Shown: positions 9,970-20,258, counted from the stretch's first letter. The stretch is 64,000 nucleotides of DNA from an uncultured Candidatus Micrarchaeota archaeon (GCA_963741095.1 CAVUGN010000005.1:32001-96000), one strand, 5' to 3'. The notes: generated from the sequence alone by a model not told the origin. Program-made: numbers and translations.

Positions 9970-11763
9970 ATGAACAACAAGCAGTTCTACGTCCTTCTGT
10001 TCGGGATCCTTGTTCTTGCAGCGGCGTTCAGGTTCTCGTCGATCCGCTTCGCCAATCTGTTCAGCGAGCCGGACGTGTATTATTACTACAGCGTGCTCAC
10101 GCAGGCCCATGGCCTCACTCTTCCGAGCATCTCGATCTACGACGGCGCGCCCCCGTATGAGGCGTACGGCCTCTACCTTTTGGTCCTGATCCCCCATGTG
10201 CTGACCGGCCTGTCCATCTCGACGGTGATGCTTCTGCTGGCCCCCCTCTTCGGGGTAGTAGAGGTCCTCCTAACTTACCTGTTTGCCAGAGAGCTCTTCC
10301 CGGACAGGCGGGTGGCACTCCTGTCGGCCTTCTTTGTGGCGATTCTTCCTGGAGCCCTGAACTATCAGATATCCGGGGCTTTCCGCGGGGATTCCTTCCT
10401 TAGCGTCTTTCTGCTCGTCGCCATGATTTGCCTCATCAGGGGCTACAAGGACACGAAGCGCAAAGTCCAGTACGCGTTTGCAGCGGCGATCGCCCTCTCG
10501 CTTGCGACGGTAACATGGAGCGGCGGTGCAGTTGCAGTCATCATCTTCGCAGGAGCCTCGGTGAGCCTCTCGCTCTATAGCCTCTACCGATTGGAGAGAG
10601 ACTGGCACAGGTATCCCATTTTTACCCTGCCCGCCTGGGTTGTGCTGTTCGCCATAATGAATTGGACGAAGTCGCTGCTGATGAAATATCCGCAGAATGG
10701 GTTTGCTGTGCTTGTTGCCCTGGCTGCGGAGGCGATCAGCCTTGCCGCGTGCTTCATAGGCACCAGGGCGCCGGAGAAGAAGATGCTGACCTGGCTAGGC
10801 ATGGTCTTGGTTGTCTGCGTTGTCGCCCTGCTGGTTCTTGCGTTTCTTGTTCCCTCGGTTTATGGTGTGGTGAGATACGCATTTTCGATCTCGCACTACA
10901 ATCCATCAACAATAAATGTTGCCGAGACGCAGCCGTCGTCGTTGAATTCGATAGTTGACTCGTATGGATTCCTTGGCGTATTGAGCCCTGCGATACTGCT
11001 CGTACTTTACCAATTCCCGCTCATCATAGCCGCAGCTTCGGTGCTGATCTGCTACCTCATCCGGAAGCCGATGGGCGTCTTCGCGATGCCCCTGGCGGTC
11101 TACCTGGCCGTGGCTCTCCTGCTCAACTCTGGGCAGGTGAGGTTTGTCAGCATAGCGATCGTGCCCGTATCGGTGGTCATGGCCTACCTGATATTGCGGA
11201 TAACGGACATCCCTACAACCAAATACGTGGGAGGCATCTTACTCGTCGTTGTGATGCTGCTCACCCTTTACATGGGGGTGTTGTTCATCGGAAGCTTCAA
11301 TCCGGCGTATGAGTACAGATTCATAGGCGCCCTGCAATGGCTTAAGTCTAACACGCCTTCGAACTCGACAGTCCTGGCCTTCTGGTCTGATGGCTCGGAG
11401 ATAGAGGGCGTGGCAAACAGGTTCGCCTACTCAGACAGCGTCGCGATGCAGCTGGATCCCCAGGGCACCTCGCTGTGGCTCACGACCAGCAATGCCAGCC
11501 TCTCGGGCTTCAAGCCGCCAGTCGATTACATACTGCTCCGCGCCGGGCAGTTCGGAGAGGGCGCGTACTTCTGCAACCAGTCTGGACAGCCAAACTCGGT
11601 TTGCAACAACATGGAGAACCCGCAGTACCTGGCCGAGACGCAGCCGAACTTCTACCGCATCTGGTTCGCCTGCAACGTGACTGGTTGCACGCAGAGCCTA
11701 GGCAATGAGACCTTGTCCTTGGTCTATGCCACGACCGACACCAAGATCTTCAAAGTGGACTGA
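9970..11763 (+). CDS. STT3/AglB-like oligosaccharyltransferase paralog
   Basis: Many TM helices, EPDVYYY, VAETQP, ALQWLKSNTP..STVLAFWSDG (WWDYG variant). Confidence 0.75.
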   Translation: MNNKQFYVLLFGILVLAAAFRFSSIRFANLFSEPDVYYYYSVLTQAHGLTLPSISIYDGAPPYEAYGLYLLVLIPHVLTGLSISTVMLLLAPLFGVVEVLLTYLFARELFPDRRVALLSAFFVAILPGALNYQISGAFRGDSFLSVFLLVAMICLIRGYKDTKRKVQYAFAAAIALSLATVTWSGGAVAVIIFAGASVSLSLYSLYRLERDWHRYPIFTLPAWVVLFAIMNWTKSLLMKYPQNGFAVLVALAAEAISLAACFIGTRAPEKKMLTWLGMVLVVCVVALLVLAFLVPSVYGVVRYAFSISHYNPSTINVAETQPSSLNSIVDSYGFLGVLSPAILLVLYQFPLIIAAASVLICYLIRKPMGVFAMPLAVYLAVALLLNSGQVRFVSIAIVPVSVVMAYLILRITDIPTTKYVGGILLVVVMLLTLYMGVLFIGSFNPAYEYRFIGALQWLKSNTPSNSTVLAFWSDGSEIEGVANRFAYSDSVAMQLDPQGTSLWLTTSNASLSGFKPPVDYILLRAGQFGEGAYFCNQSGQPNSVCNNMENPQYLAETQPNFYRIWFACNVTGCTQSLGNETLSLVYATTDTKIFKVD

Positions 11764-11806
11764 TCGTGATCCACAAACCTGCCTGCGGCAGGGTTTGGTT
11801 AGTCCA

Positions 11807-13078
11807 TCACGCGCCGGGCAGGATCCTGCTTAGGAGGCTGGAGAACAGGGATGGCTTGCTCTTTCGCCCTCCGGCCATGAGGATCTGATCCGGTGATGGA
11901 TGAGTGCCGGACCAGTTGTCCGAGACCGGTTCCAATGTGCGCGGTTCCTCCTTCACCTTCCTGGCTTTGAATATCTGCAGGTCGTCCGGATTGACATGAT
12001 GGACTGCCGGTTTTTGATCGCTGCTCGGTGGTGTATTTTTCGCCTGCGCTACGACTGGTGTAACGCTGTTCAGGAGGCTGTGGAACATCGATGATTTGCC
12101 CGCCGGCCTGTCGCCGACTAGGATCTGGTCTGGTGAAGGGTACTCGCCGGACCAGCTCTCCGAGACTAATTCCTGCGCGTGCATCGCTTCCCTAGCCTTC
12201 CTGACCTTGAATATCATCAGGTCTTCGGGGTTGACGGGCTGGGCAACCGTGTCTTGCAGATTCGTGTTCCGCGTGATGAACTCGACGTGCGGCATTGACG
12301 GCGCCTCCACCGTTGTCGGTTCCGTCTTAAACTGCATCCTTGCCGGCTCGCTTGGGGCCATTGACGTAACGGTAGAATGGCTTGGGGAGTTTGTCGCCTG
12401 CACGACCATCATCTCGACCTGGGGCATTGGGGGTATCTCCTCGCTTGGCAGCTCGACCTTAAGCTGCTCGCTCATCATCCCGTTAGGGCTTATCGAGGTG
12501 ACTGTGCGATGGCTTTGGGCGCTTGCCGACCGCGCGTGCTCTATGTTAGTTACATGATGCAGGGCGTTGTGCTTGCGCTCCCAATCAGGCAGAGCCATGC
12601 CAGGTCCGTAGACTATCCTGTTGTTCGCCAGTTCGTGCTGCTGCTTGATCTTTATCTCTTCGTGGGACGGTTCTGCACTTGTCTTCTTGATGTGGGTGTA
12701 GTAGCTTATCGCGTTGGCCACAGCGTTCGTGTCGATCCTGGAGAGCCCTTTTATCTCTCCTTCACCAATTCCGGTGAAGAGGTGCTCCGAATCCGAAGCG
12801 CCCTGCTGCCTTATCACGACCGTGGAGAACACCAAGCTGTGGAAGACCCTGTACGAGACCACGTTGGTGTGCTCTATGAATGTTATGTTCGATTTCAATC
12901 GCATGTACTTGCGGTTCACGATTATGGTCCTCTGGTCGGTGACCATAACGACCGTCGGATTGAACAGCCCGCCGTGAAGCGGACGCTCAGTCGCATACAC
13001 CACAAGTCTTTCGCCCGGAAAGATCAGAGACGATATCGTACTCGCCTCTAGCTTCGAGAATTTTTTTGTTTTCGCCAT
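11807..13078 (-). CDS. PH-domain protein with low-complexity region and C-terminal duplicated motif
   Basis: VMVTDQRTII PH-like N-terminus; two VNP.DL.IFK.RK...WSG..PSPDQIL repeats. Confidence 0.7.
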   Translation of the reverse strand: MAKTKKFSKLEASTISSLIFPGERLVVYATERPLHGGLFNPTVVMVTDQRTIIVNRKYMRLKSNITFIEHTNVVSYRVFHSLVFSTVVIRQQGASDSEHLFTGIGEGEIKGLSRIDTNAVANAISYYTHIKKTSAEPSHEEIKIKQQHELANNRIVYGPGMALPDWERKHNALHHVTNIEHARSASAQSHRTVTSISPNGMMSEQLKVELPSEEIPPMPQVEMMVVQATNSPSHSTVTSMAPSEPARMQFKTEPTTVEAPSMPHVEFITRNTNLQDTVAQPVNPEDLMIFKVRKAREAMHAQELVSESWSGEYPSPDQILVGDRPAGKSSMFHSLLNSVTPVVAQAKNTPPSSDQKPAVHHVNPDDLQIFKARKVKEEPRTLEPVSDNWSGTHPSPDQILMAGGRKSKPSLFSSLLSRILPGA

Positions 13079-13480
13079 GTCGCCCCCCTTTCTCGCATGC
13101 GCATGTCGCCCCCTCAGGCCGCGCACGCTTGAAACAAACTCACGGCTGGACTGAAACTTTCGATTGCCCCAGCCGTCTTCAATTCTGTTTAGTAGGGTTA
13201 GGATACTTAAATTTTGTGTTCAGGTTTTTTCATATCAGTACGGGTGACGTATGCTGTAGAAGGGATTTTAATAATTAGCCATCCATATAGTTGATGGTTA
13301 ATCTAGTGCTCGACATAAGGGCACGGAGTCCAACCATCCGAATCCTGCCTGGTTCATCTGTCTTGGTGAAATGACAATTTAATCCTTGCCCCCTGAACGC
13401 ATCGAACGGCGCATTCCGGCGATTGACGGGCGGATAAAAAACCATAAATATCTCTTAAAGCTTCAACAGTCTAGAGGGAT

Positions 13481-14485
13481 ATGGCGACCACCGCGGAAAG
13501 TCGATTGGAGATTTGCAAGGAAGCGGTCCTAGCCGGAGGCAATGCAATAAAATTCATTCCCCGCGAGGAGCGCGTGACCCAGAGGAAGTTTGACAGTTAT
13601 TTTGGCACCTCCATGGTGGGCGTTGCAGACTACAGATCACAGAAGTCTATTCTTGATGTGATAATGAGGAGGGATCTTGGCGCGTTCTTCATAACAGAAG
13701 AGGCGGTCAACGATCCCGAGTTCAGCAACCATCTGATCAGGTCGCACAACCTTGAGATGCTGAAGGAGCATGGCGCTTATGTGATAGACGAGCTTGACGG
13801 AACGGCAGGCTTCGTGAAGGGCGGGGCGCAGTGGTGCATATCGATAGGCTCCGTAAACGAGCAGCTGAAGCACGAGGCGGGGGCGATATACGCCCCGATG
13901 CTTGGCCTGCTTAACAGGCCGATGGCCAGCACGCTCTTCTATGCGGGAGAGGGAATGGGAAGCCGCATCGACTTCGCCACAAGGATATTCGAAAACGGAA
14001 AGTTGGTCTACGATAGGGTCGAGCATGTTGAAGCGAGGGTCACGAAGGCGAACAGCCTCAAGGAGGCTTACCTTGGATTCGGGATAGACTGCAATCACTC
14101 CAGCTTCAAGATGGACGGCAAGCTGATACCGAACGTCACCAACAAGGCCCTGACGGACATCTGCAGCAGTGTGAGATCATCTGCCACGACCCCGTCGTGC
14201 GCCCTTGGCCTGGGCTACCTTGCGGCCGGAGTCATGGACGTGATAATACAGCCCGTGCAGTCCGTCTGGGACTGGTCGGCAGGCAAGGTCATAGTGGAGC
14301 AGGCGGGAGGCAAGTTCATATTCTACGAGATGGCCGAGAACGGCAAACTGGGACGCATAGACGGCCTTGAGCTCAGGCACTACACCCCGGAAAAGAGGGG
14401 AGTGGGATTCGTCGCAGGGAGCGAGGCAATGGCGGAGCAGGTCATGGAGAAGCTCTTGAGGGTTAATGCAACTCTGTTCCCATGA
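13481..14485 (+). CDS. Inositol monophosphatase/FBPase superfamily protein
   Basis: ITEE, VIDELDGTAGF, WDWSAG..IVEQAGG. Confidence 0.88.
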   Translation: MATTAESRLEICKEAVLAGGNAIKFIPREERVTQRKFDSYFGTSMVGVADYRSQKSILDVIMRRDLGAFFITEEAVNDPEFSNHLIRSHNLEMLKEHGAYVIDELDGTAGFVKGGAQWCISIGSVNEQLKHEAGAIYAPMLGLLNRPMASTLFYAGEGMGSRIDFATRIFENGKLVYDRVEHVEARVTKANSLKEAYLGFGIDCNHSSFKMDGKLIPNVTNKALTDICSSVRSSATTPSCALGLGYLAAGVMDVIIQPVQSVWDWSAGKVIVEQAGGKFIFYEMAENGKLGRIDGLELRHYTPEKRGVGFVAGSEAMAEQVMEKLLRVNATLFP

Positions 14486-14530
14486 GCCTTGCGGCTGCAT
14501 TGGGCAGATTAGCTTCCAGGACCAGATTCA

Positions 14531-14767
14531 TCACTTTTCCTTGTGGTTAAATATGCCTCTTATAATGGTCGAGACCTCTTTCGCACCCTCAACCCACAGA
14601 TACACTGCGGGGTGGCTGGATATAAGGTTGTTGGATGTTGTCCCGCCTTCGCTGACATGCTTCATTGCGCGGTACTGCAGCTCAGTCCTTGCCGTGCGCA
14701 GCAGATTTCCGACGCCGCGGCCTTCATGCTTCGCGACTTCCGGGCTCTTATCGACTGTTGCTGCCAT
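14531..14767 (-). CDS. Hypothetical small protein
   Basis: 78-aa ORF in an intergenic gap; no motif. Confidence 0.4.
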   Translation of the reverse strand: MAATVDKSPEVAKHEGRGVGNLLRTARTELQYRAMKHVSEGGTTSNNLISSHPAVYLWVEGAKEVSTIIRGIFNHKEK

Positions 14768-14831
14768 CGCGTATACTTCATGCGTTTCCTCCTTTTAAGC
14801 CTTTCTTACGACAACGCTTGGATATTCGCAA

Positions 14832-15710
14832 TCAGAAGTATATCCTTGAAGTCATAAATACCTGGGGCACTACGTGCTTGTAGCAAACCTGCCTCGCGTC
14901 GTCCAGGAAGGAATAGGTAAGGCCTCTCAGCGTGTCTATGATCGCCTTCGTCTTCTCGTCTTTTGCGGATTCCCTTATCTTTATCAGCATCTTGCTCGTG
15001 GCATCGAAGCTGGCTTCTGCCTCATTGAATTGCGAAACAAGGTATTCCATCTTTATGTTCAGTCTTTTCGGATCAGTGCCCACGACTTCGTCGTCCTTTA
15101 TTTCCAACCCTTGAACGTATTTCAATACATCTTCTTTCGGAAAATTCACTATGCCAAGATTGAGATCAGTGTACACATCCACTATGTCATCCGCGATCTG
15201 GATTATATAAGCGCACACGCGCGCAATCTCTGACATGCTTCTTACCGACAGTCGTGGTTTTAACAGAACCAGAAGCCCGTCGGTCCACGGTATTATCTCT
15301 TTTTGCCTGTACTCTTTTATCTCATCGGCGGATTTTAGCTTGTTTACGGACTTCGAGTATCTTATCGTGTTCAAAAGGTGCTTGTTAAGGTGCCAATAGA
15401 CCTGGTAGCGCGTCTTTTCATCGATGTCTCTTCCTTGCAGCAGCGTTATGAACTTGTAGGTGATCTGCTCGAGCCTCGTCTTTGGGTAGACCGTCTTCCC
15501 CATGCGCGCGTCCCACAGGAAGTGGCGCAGCCCGCGCAGCGTCCTCTCGTTGTTCTTGACGTCCCCGATGAAGTCGACGATTGCAAAAAATGCAACGTAG
15601 AATTGGTACAGCCCGTTTGTCTGCTCGTCAAGCTGCCTTGACAGCACCAGGAAGTTCTGTCTCCTTGTCTCGCTGCAGTAGCTGAAATTGCTTATGTCGC
15701 TGTCGCTCAA
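14832..15710 (-). CDS. Isoprenoid synthase (class I, DDxxD) fold-like protein
   Basis: IQIADDIVDVYTDLNLG motif; TTG start; in frame with upstream V4R gene. Confidence 0.55.
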   Translation of the reverse strand: MSDSDISNFSYCSETRRQNFLVLSRQLDEQTNGLYQFYVAFFAIVDFIGDVKNNERTLRGLRHFLWDARMGKTVYPKTRLEQITYKFITLLQGRDIDEKTRYQVYWHLNKHLLNTIRYSKSVNKLKSADEIKEYRQKEIIPWTDGLLVLLKPRLSVRSMSEIARVCAYIIQIADDIVDVYTDLNLGIVNFPKEDVLKYVQGLEIKDDEVVGTDPKRLNIKMEYLVSQFNEAEASFDATSKMLIKIRESAKDEKTKAIIDTLRGLTYSFLDDARQVCYKHVVPQVFMTSRIYF

Positions 15711-15758
15711 CTCTATAAATGAGTCTATGTTTACGTCTTTCCCTGTTTGGTCTTTGAT

Positions 15759-16322
15759 CTAATCGCCTAATTGCTGCTTCGCCAATTCTGGATATTTTGC
15801 CTTCAGGTTCTCTTTCGTATCCATGACAAAAATGCATCTTTGTGCGCCCAGCGCCATGCACTCTAATTCCAGCATGTCCACGTCCGTTTTGAACGCGGAT
15901 GACGCGCCGCCGGCCATGAAGCCGCGTATGACATGGTCGCAAGCTGTCTTTACTTTGCCCTTCAGGTTAGTGGTCATGGCCGAACCCTGCACGGCTATCT
16001 TACCTTTCTTGCTTTTGCTGTCAAGGTCAACCCAGGTGGCATTTCCCCAGCCGACCAGGCCGACCAGGTCGACAAAGAATTTTGTCGTATCTATGAATGT
16101 CATGCCGTAACTCTTGCCTATCGAAGTCGTAAATCCCTCCTTGTTGCTCTGCTTCGCAGCGTAGTACAGTTCCGCCACAAGCTTGGGGTCGTCGTTTATC
16201 TCCCCTATGAACAGAGAGAAAAAGTTCGCAGGCGCGAATACCAGAGGCCAGCCCATGAGATCGATGCTTCCGTCCTTGAAAGAGAGTTGCTTCACGAGCA
16301 TCAATTTCTCGAAAAGGCTCAT
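15759..16322 (-). CDS. V4R/4VR small-ligand-binding domain protein
   Basis: GWG...CDHVIRGFMAG...ELECMALGAQRCIFV. Confidence 0.85.
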   Translation of the reverse strand: MSLFEKLMLVKQLSFKDGSIDLMGWPLVFAPANFFSLFIGEINDDPKLVAELYYAAKQSNKEGFTTSIGKSYGMTFIDTTKFFVDLVGLVGWGNATWVDLDSKSKKGKIAVQGSAMTTNLKGKVKTACDHVIRGFMAGGASSAFKTDVDMLELECMALGAQRCIFVMDTKENLKAKYPELAKQQLGD

Positions 16323-16330
16323 GAACTCGC

Positions 16331-17137
16331 CTATAGCTGTTCAGGTGGTTTAACTATGATGCCGTCTTTACTGAATTCAAAGTCATGGATGTACTGGCTG
16401 TGGTTTGTGCTCCTCATCTTAAGTACAGACATGGTTCGTATGCGTTTGATACCGATGGGCTGGTTGTAAAGCTCTATGATGCCGTCGCACGCGTACTCGC
16501 TCACCCCGTCCATCGTAAGTCCTTCGCCGGTGTTCGACTCGCTGGCTATTATGATATTGGTTGTCCCGAGCTTCTCGAGTTCGTCAATTATCATGTACAC
16601 CATGCGCTTTTCGGAGCTGCTCTTGTAGGACACCTTGTTCATCGAGCCGTCTTTTGGGATGGTTCCGTAGCCGCCGTCAACAGTCCGATCTTCGGTGTTT
16701 ATTGACACCGATGATGCTACATTCCCGCTGTACCCCATCGGTATCGACAGCAGGTTCATGTTTATCGCAAACATTGTCAAACCGTCAAAGACTATGCGCT
16801 TCACGCCCATGTCCTTCTTTATCTTGTTTATGTTCTCAAAGAGATTGAATTTGACCCCGCCCAAAGGCACCTTCAACATGTATATTTTTGCCTGTTTTTC
16901 CATTGCATCCAGATCCATGCCGAATTGCTTCGCCTGCTCCTTCAGCATATTGACCGAAGAGTCGAAGGCGACATACATGCCCTTCTCCCCGTTCATCGCA
17001 CCGTTATAGAGGTACTCTAGCGCAAAGATCGTCTTTCCGGTTCCCGGACGCCCGGTTAGCAGAACACTGAATCCTTCGGGTATCCCGCCGCCCACGAGAT
17101 TATCGAACCCGCTAATCCCCGTCTTGACTCTGTTCAT
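16331..17137 (-). CDS. KaiC-like RecA-superfamily ATPase
   Basis: RVKTGISGFD, GRPGTGKT, DGIIEL, KMRSTNH. Confidence 0.9.
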   Translation of the reverse strand: MNRVKTGISGFDNLVGGGIPEGFSVLLTGRPGTGKTIFALEYLYNGAMNGEKGMYVAFDSSVNMLKEQAKQFGMDLDAMEKQAKIYMLKVPLGGVKFNLFENINKIKKDMGVKRIVFDGLTMFAINMNLLSIPMGYSGNVASSVSINTEDRTVDGGYGTIPKDGSMNKVSYKSSSEKRMVYMIIDELEKLGTTNIIIASESNTGEGLTMDGVSEYACDGIIELYNQPIGIKRIRTMSVLKMRSTNHSQYIHDFEFSKDGIIVKPPEQL

Positions 17138-17271
17138 AGCACCCACTTTTCTGTGTAGTATAAACAACGTAAGTCTCTAATAAGTTATCTTCCGTCCGGA
17201 TTCGGTCGTATCCTGTGCTTGAGCAGCATGGAACGGAAGCGTTTATTAGAAGCAGGTGCTTGAGATTGATG

Positions 17272-17700
17272 TTATATTCCAAGAGGGAAGTGTATCACCA
17301 ACAGTAACATACCCCATAAGACGCATAAGATAATGAAGGAAAGGAAATACCACTTGAAGCTGTCCTTGTCAAGCTTGTCGTTGAAGAGGAACAGTTGAAG
17401 GCTGCCTTCAATTAAGCCTAGGCACGCCATTGTCGCAACCACCAGCATTATGTATTTCCCTTTGAACTTGTCCATTCGGACTGACCTGTATGCGACGTAA
17501 TTCAGGATGAAAAACGTGATGAATAACGCTACGCTGATATAGATATACAGATGCGCAACGGTAAATATGTCGCTAAACAGGGGTATCGCAATGGCTATCA
17601 ACTGGCCACCGAGCCACGCTACCCAGAAGTTCTTTTGCTTCGAGAGAGTAAGTGGCGGATTGGGTGCCGCCATCATCTTGTTGAATTTTTGGTCTGCCAT
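17272..17700 (-). CDS. Four-TM membrane protein, immunity candidate
   Basis: Hydrophobic 142-aa ORF starting 15 nt after the surface protein stop. Confidence 0.7.
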   Translation of the reverse strand: MADQKFNKMMAAPNPPLTLSKQKNFWVAWLGGQLIAIAIPLFSDIFTVAHLYIYISVALFITFFILNYVAYRSVRMDKFKGKYIMLVVATMACLGLIEGSLQLFLFNDKLDKDSFKWYFLSFIILCVLWGMLLLVIHFPLGI

Positions 17701-17715
17701 TTTTTCACATTTTGC

Positions 17716-19926
17716 TCAGTTTGGGGATACCGCCACAGTGAATTGCTGCGTTCCTGATGGTGTTGATACACTACCGACATATCCGTTTATGTCAAGCAGT
17801 GAAGGTATTATCGGCAACTCTCCAACATAGGTTACAACTCCCCAGAAATATGAGGCTATTTCCTCCATGGTATCTTGAATGACTGAAGCAACTGCACTGG
17901 GATCTTTAGTTATTGAGCCCATAATATCCGCCAGCGTACTTATATAACCGTTTGGGTCTTTGCCACTCATTTGTAAGAACTGCCCATAGTAACTAAGCAA
18001 TTCCGAATCCAGATTAAGGGCTTGTATTTCTGCAGGCGTTAATGGTGTTGCGCTTGCAGAAGTGCCCATCGTAGTCGATGTGACGGTTACGACCAAAGGT
18101 GCTGCCCCTAAAGGCGGGCTGATAATCACTGTTGCTGAAGCAACATTCTGCACTACAGTCATGGTTGTGCTATCCGTAGACTGCGGGACAAACTGTATTA
18201 TTTGTTTTGCATTTCCAATCAGTTCTATCATTGCGCGCTGTGCCGGAGTCAAGGCTTGTATCTCGGGAGTGATTGGCTGCGCAACCCCATTTTGCTCTAT
18301 TCTTGCTTTTCCGTAGAGTATGTAGTTCCAGTTGTCCATCTGTGTCTCTGAAGTCAGGTAGGGGGTAGTATAGCCTGCGGCTGCAAAATCGTATATTGCA
18401 GGACCCTGCCAGAAACCTGATCCTAGTTTGGTTGTCGCTCCAGATGGAGCCACACTGCCGATGCTTAGGTCATCCTGCAGGTTTATTGCAGGTATAGGTG
18501 CAGATAATGGCTGGGTACGTTGGGTTGGCGGTTGCTGCACAACTGGTGTTGTGGTTGTCGTTGGGAGAGGGGTCGTCGTAGTTGTTGGAGGAGAAGTCGT
18601 GGTTGTTGTCGTGATCGGTGTCGACAAAGTGTACGGGCCTTGCGAATAGTTGCCGCCTATTGCTATGTATCCGTTCTCCTCAGCGGTGACAGTCTGCGTA
18701 TTGAAGATAGAGCCGTTTATTATGATATTCACGTAACACAGTACGGTCCCTACGAGCTGGTTTGCAGGAATTTCCGCAGATTGCATCTGCGCTATTATGA
18801 CGGCCTGCTGTTGGCCCGAACCCATTCCTGACGATGGAAATGTCACTGATATTGTGGGCGGGGTGTAAGTGGTTTTTGTAATTACTACAGGTGTTGTTGT
18901 TACAGGAGGCGGAGTTGTTGTAGTTGTGGTTGGTGTTGAAGTTGTGGTTGTCGGAGTCGTCGTTGTAGGGGTTGTGGTTGAAGTGGTGTAGCTGCCGGAT
19001 TTTATCGCAGTACACTGAGTGGAGGTCAGTGCCTGTATCTCGGGTGTTATAGGCCGCGTTACTCCGCCGTCGATCCTTGCGGTTCCGTAGAGCACATAGT
19101 TCCAGTTGTCCATTTGCGTTTCGGATGTCAGATAAGGCGTTGTGAACCCTGCGGCTACGAAATCGTACACTGCGGGCCCCTGCCATCCTTCCCATGCGGG
19201 TATGGTCTTCGCTCCCGATGGGTTTGTGTCGCCGATTCCAAGATCGTTCGGCAAGTTTACTGAAGGTATCACAACAGGTGTCTTTGTGATTGTAGTGGTT
19301 GTTGGAGTCGTTGTTGGTGTCGTTGTTGGTGTCGTTGTGGTGGTTGAAGTGGTGTAGCTGCCGGATTCTATCGCAGCACATTGCGCCGTAGTCAGTGCCT
19401 GTATCTCGGGTGTTATGGGCCGCGTTACTCCGCTGTCGATCCTTGCGGTTCCGTAGAGCACATAGTTCCAGTTGTCCATCTGCGTTTCGGATGTCAGATA
19501 AGGCGTTGTGAACCCTGCAGCTATGAAATCGTACACTGCGGGCCCCTGCCATCCCCCCCATGCAGGTATGGTCTTCGCTCCTGACGGGGTCGAATCGCCG
19601 ATTCCCAGATCCGCCGCAAGGTTGATTTGCGGTATGCCTACCAGGCTGACCAGCCTAAAGTATTCGTCCTTGTTATTAATTTTTACGTAGTATTCGGTCG
19701 TTGGTGCTGGTTCTGAAATTTTTTCAGTTTTTGGCGTTTCCGCGCAGGCGCCAGCGCCTGCGACTATGGCTGCCGCTAGGACCACCGGCACCACTGTCCT
19801 TTTGACCATGGAGAAGCCCCTCTCCAATGGGCTTAGATTATGCCTTTCCGTTGCCTCTTGTCCTCTTAACAATTCCACGTTTGCCGTCTTTTCCGTTGTC
19901 TTTTCGATTGTCTTTTCGTTTCGCAT
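17716..19926 (-). CDS. Secreted/surface repeat protein, cassette 1
   Basis: Hydrophobic signal ending AGAGAC; three WQGPA.YDF.AAG.TTPYLTSETQMDNWNY repeats; Thr/Pro linkers. Confidence 0.85.
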   Translation of the reverse strand: MRNEKTIEKTTEKTANVELLRGQEATERHNLSPLERGFSMVKRTVVPVVLAAAIVAGAGACAETPKTEKISEPAPTTEYYVKINNKDEYFRLVSLVGIPQINLAADLGIGDSTPSGAKTIPAWGGWQGPAVYDFIAAGFTTPYLTSETQMDNWNYVLYGTARIDSGVTRPITPEIQALTTAQCAAIESGSYTTSTTTTTPTTTPTTTPTTTTITKTPVVIPSVNLPNDLGIGDTNPSGAKTIPAWEGWQGPAVYDFVAAGFTTPYLTSETQMDNWNYVLYGTARIDGGVTRPITPEIQALTSTQCTAIKSGSYTTSTTTPTTTTPTTTTSTPTTTTTTPPPVTTTPVVITKTTYTPPTISVTFPSSGMGSGQQQAVIIAQMQSAEIPANQLVGTVLCYVNIIINGSIFNTQTVTAEENGYIAIGGNYSQGPYTLSTPITTTTTTSPPTTTTTPLPTTTTTPVVQQPPTQRTQPLSAPIPAINLQDDLSIGSVAPSGATTKLGSGFWQGPAIYDFAAAGYTTPYLTSETQMDNWNYILYGKARIEQNGVAQPITPEIQALTPAQRAMIELIGNAKQIIQFVPQSTDSTTMTVVQNVASATVIISPPLGAAPLVVTVTSTTMGTSASATPLTPAEIQALNLDSELLSYYGQFLQMSGKDPNGYISTLADIMGSITKDPSAVASVIQDTMEEIASYFWGVVTYVGELPIIPSLLDINGYVGSVSTPSGTQQFTVAVSPN

Positions 19927-19941
19927 TGCACCCACCCATTT

Positions 19942-20169
19942 TTACACATCATCTGTTGACACGATCATTGGTGTTACCGTTGAATACCTAGACTGCTGCG
20001 GAGAAATCGGCTCTGCTACCAAATTTTTGGTCTTCGTTTCTTTGATAGCATCCAATTCCTTCACGGAAATGCCGCCGCAACTGTCGCACTCCAAGACCAC
20101 GAGCCTGCTGCCTATGGTCCTCTTGCGCTTCAGCCTGCCCTTTCCGCAACGGCCGCACTTCCCTAACAT
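19942..20169 (-). CDS. Small zinc-ribbon protein
   Basis: CGRC...CDSC. Confidence 0.6.
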   Translation of the reverse strand: MLGKCGRCGKGRLKRKRTIGSRLVVLECDSCGGISVKELDAIKETKTKNLVAEPISPQQSRYSTVTPMIVSTDDV

Positions 20170-20258
20170 GGGATCACATGCGGCTTTCTGCTGTTGCTCT
20201 CGCTTGCCTTCGCTAACCCTTTTGTTGACAAATTTCCACCCAGTCTGTTTGCACCCAC
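20163..20258 (-). CDS. 31-aa ORF, paralog of the N-terminus of 26055-26342
   Basis: GTG start, MGANRLGGNLSTKGLAKA vs MGVNRLGGKLSTNKLARA; stop overlaps the next ATG. Confidence 0.5.
   Translation of the reverse strand: MGANRLGGNLSTKGLAKASESNSRKPHVIPC

Larger units (their letters stand above)
9397..11790. mobile_element. Putative island at tRNA-Phe 3' end
   Basis: CCTGCCTGCGGCA direct repeat at 9397-9409 and 11778-11790. Confidence 0.5.

Noticed and set aside
13140-13480. ncRNA in this intergenic region
   Set aside because: Only one modest hairpin (ttagccatc/gatggttaa) was seen, which is insufficient support.
19000-19600. Diversity-generating retroelement template/variable repeat pair
   Set aside because: The near-identical copies are in-frame domain repeats without adenine-specific differences, and there is no reverse transcriptase in the window.
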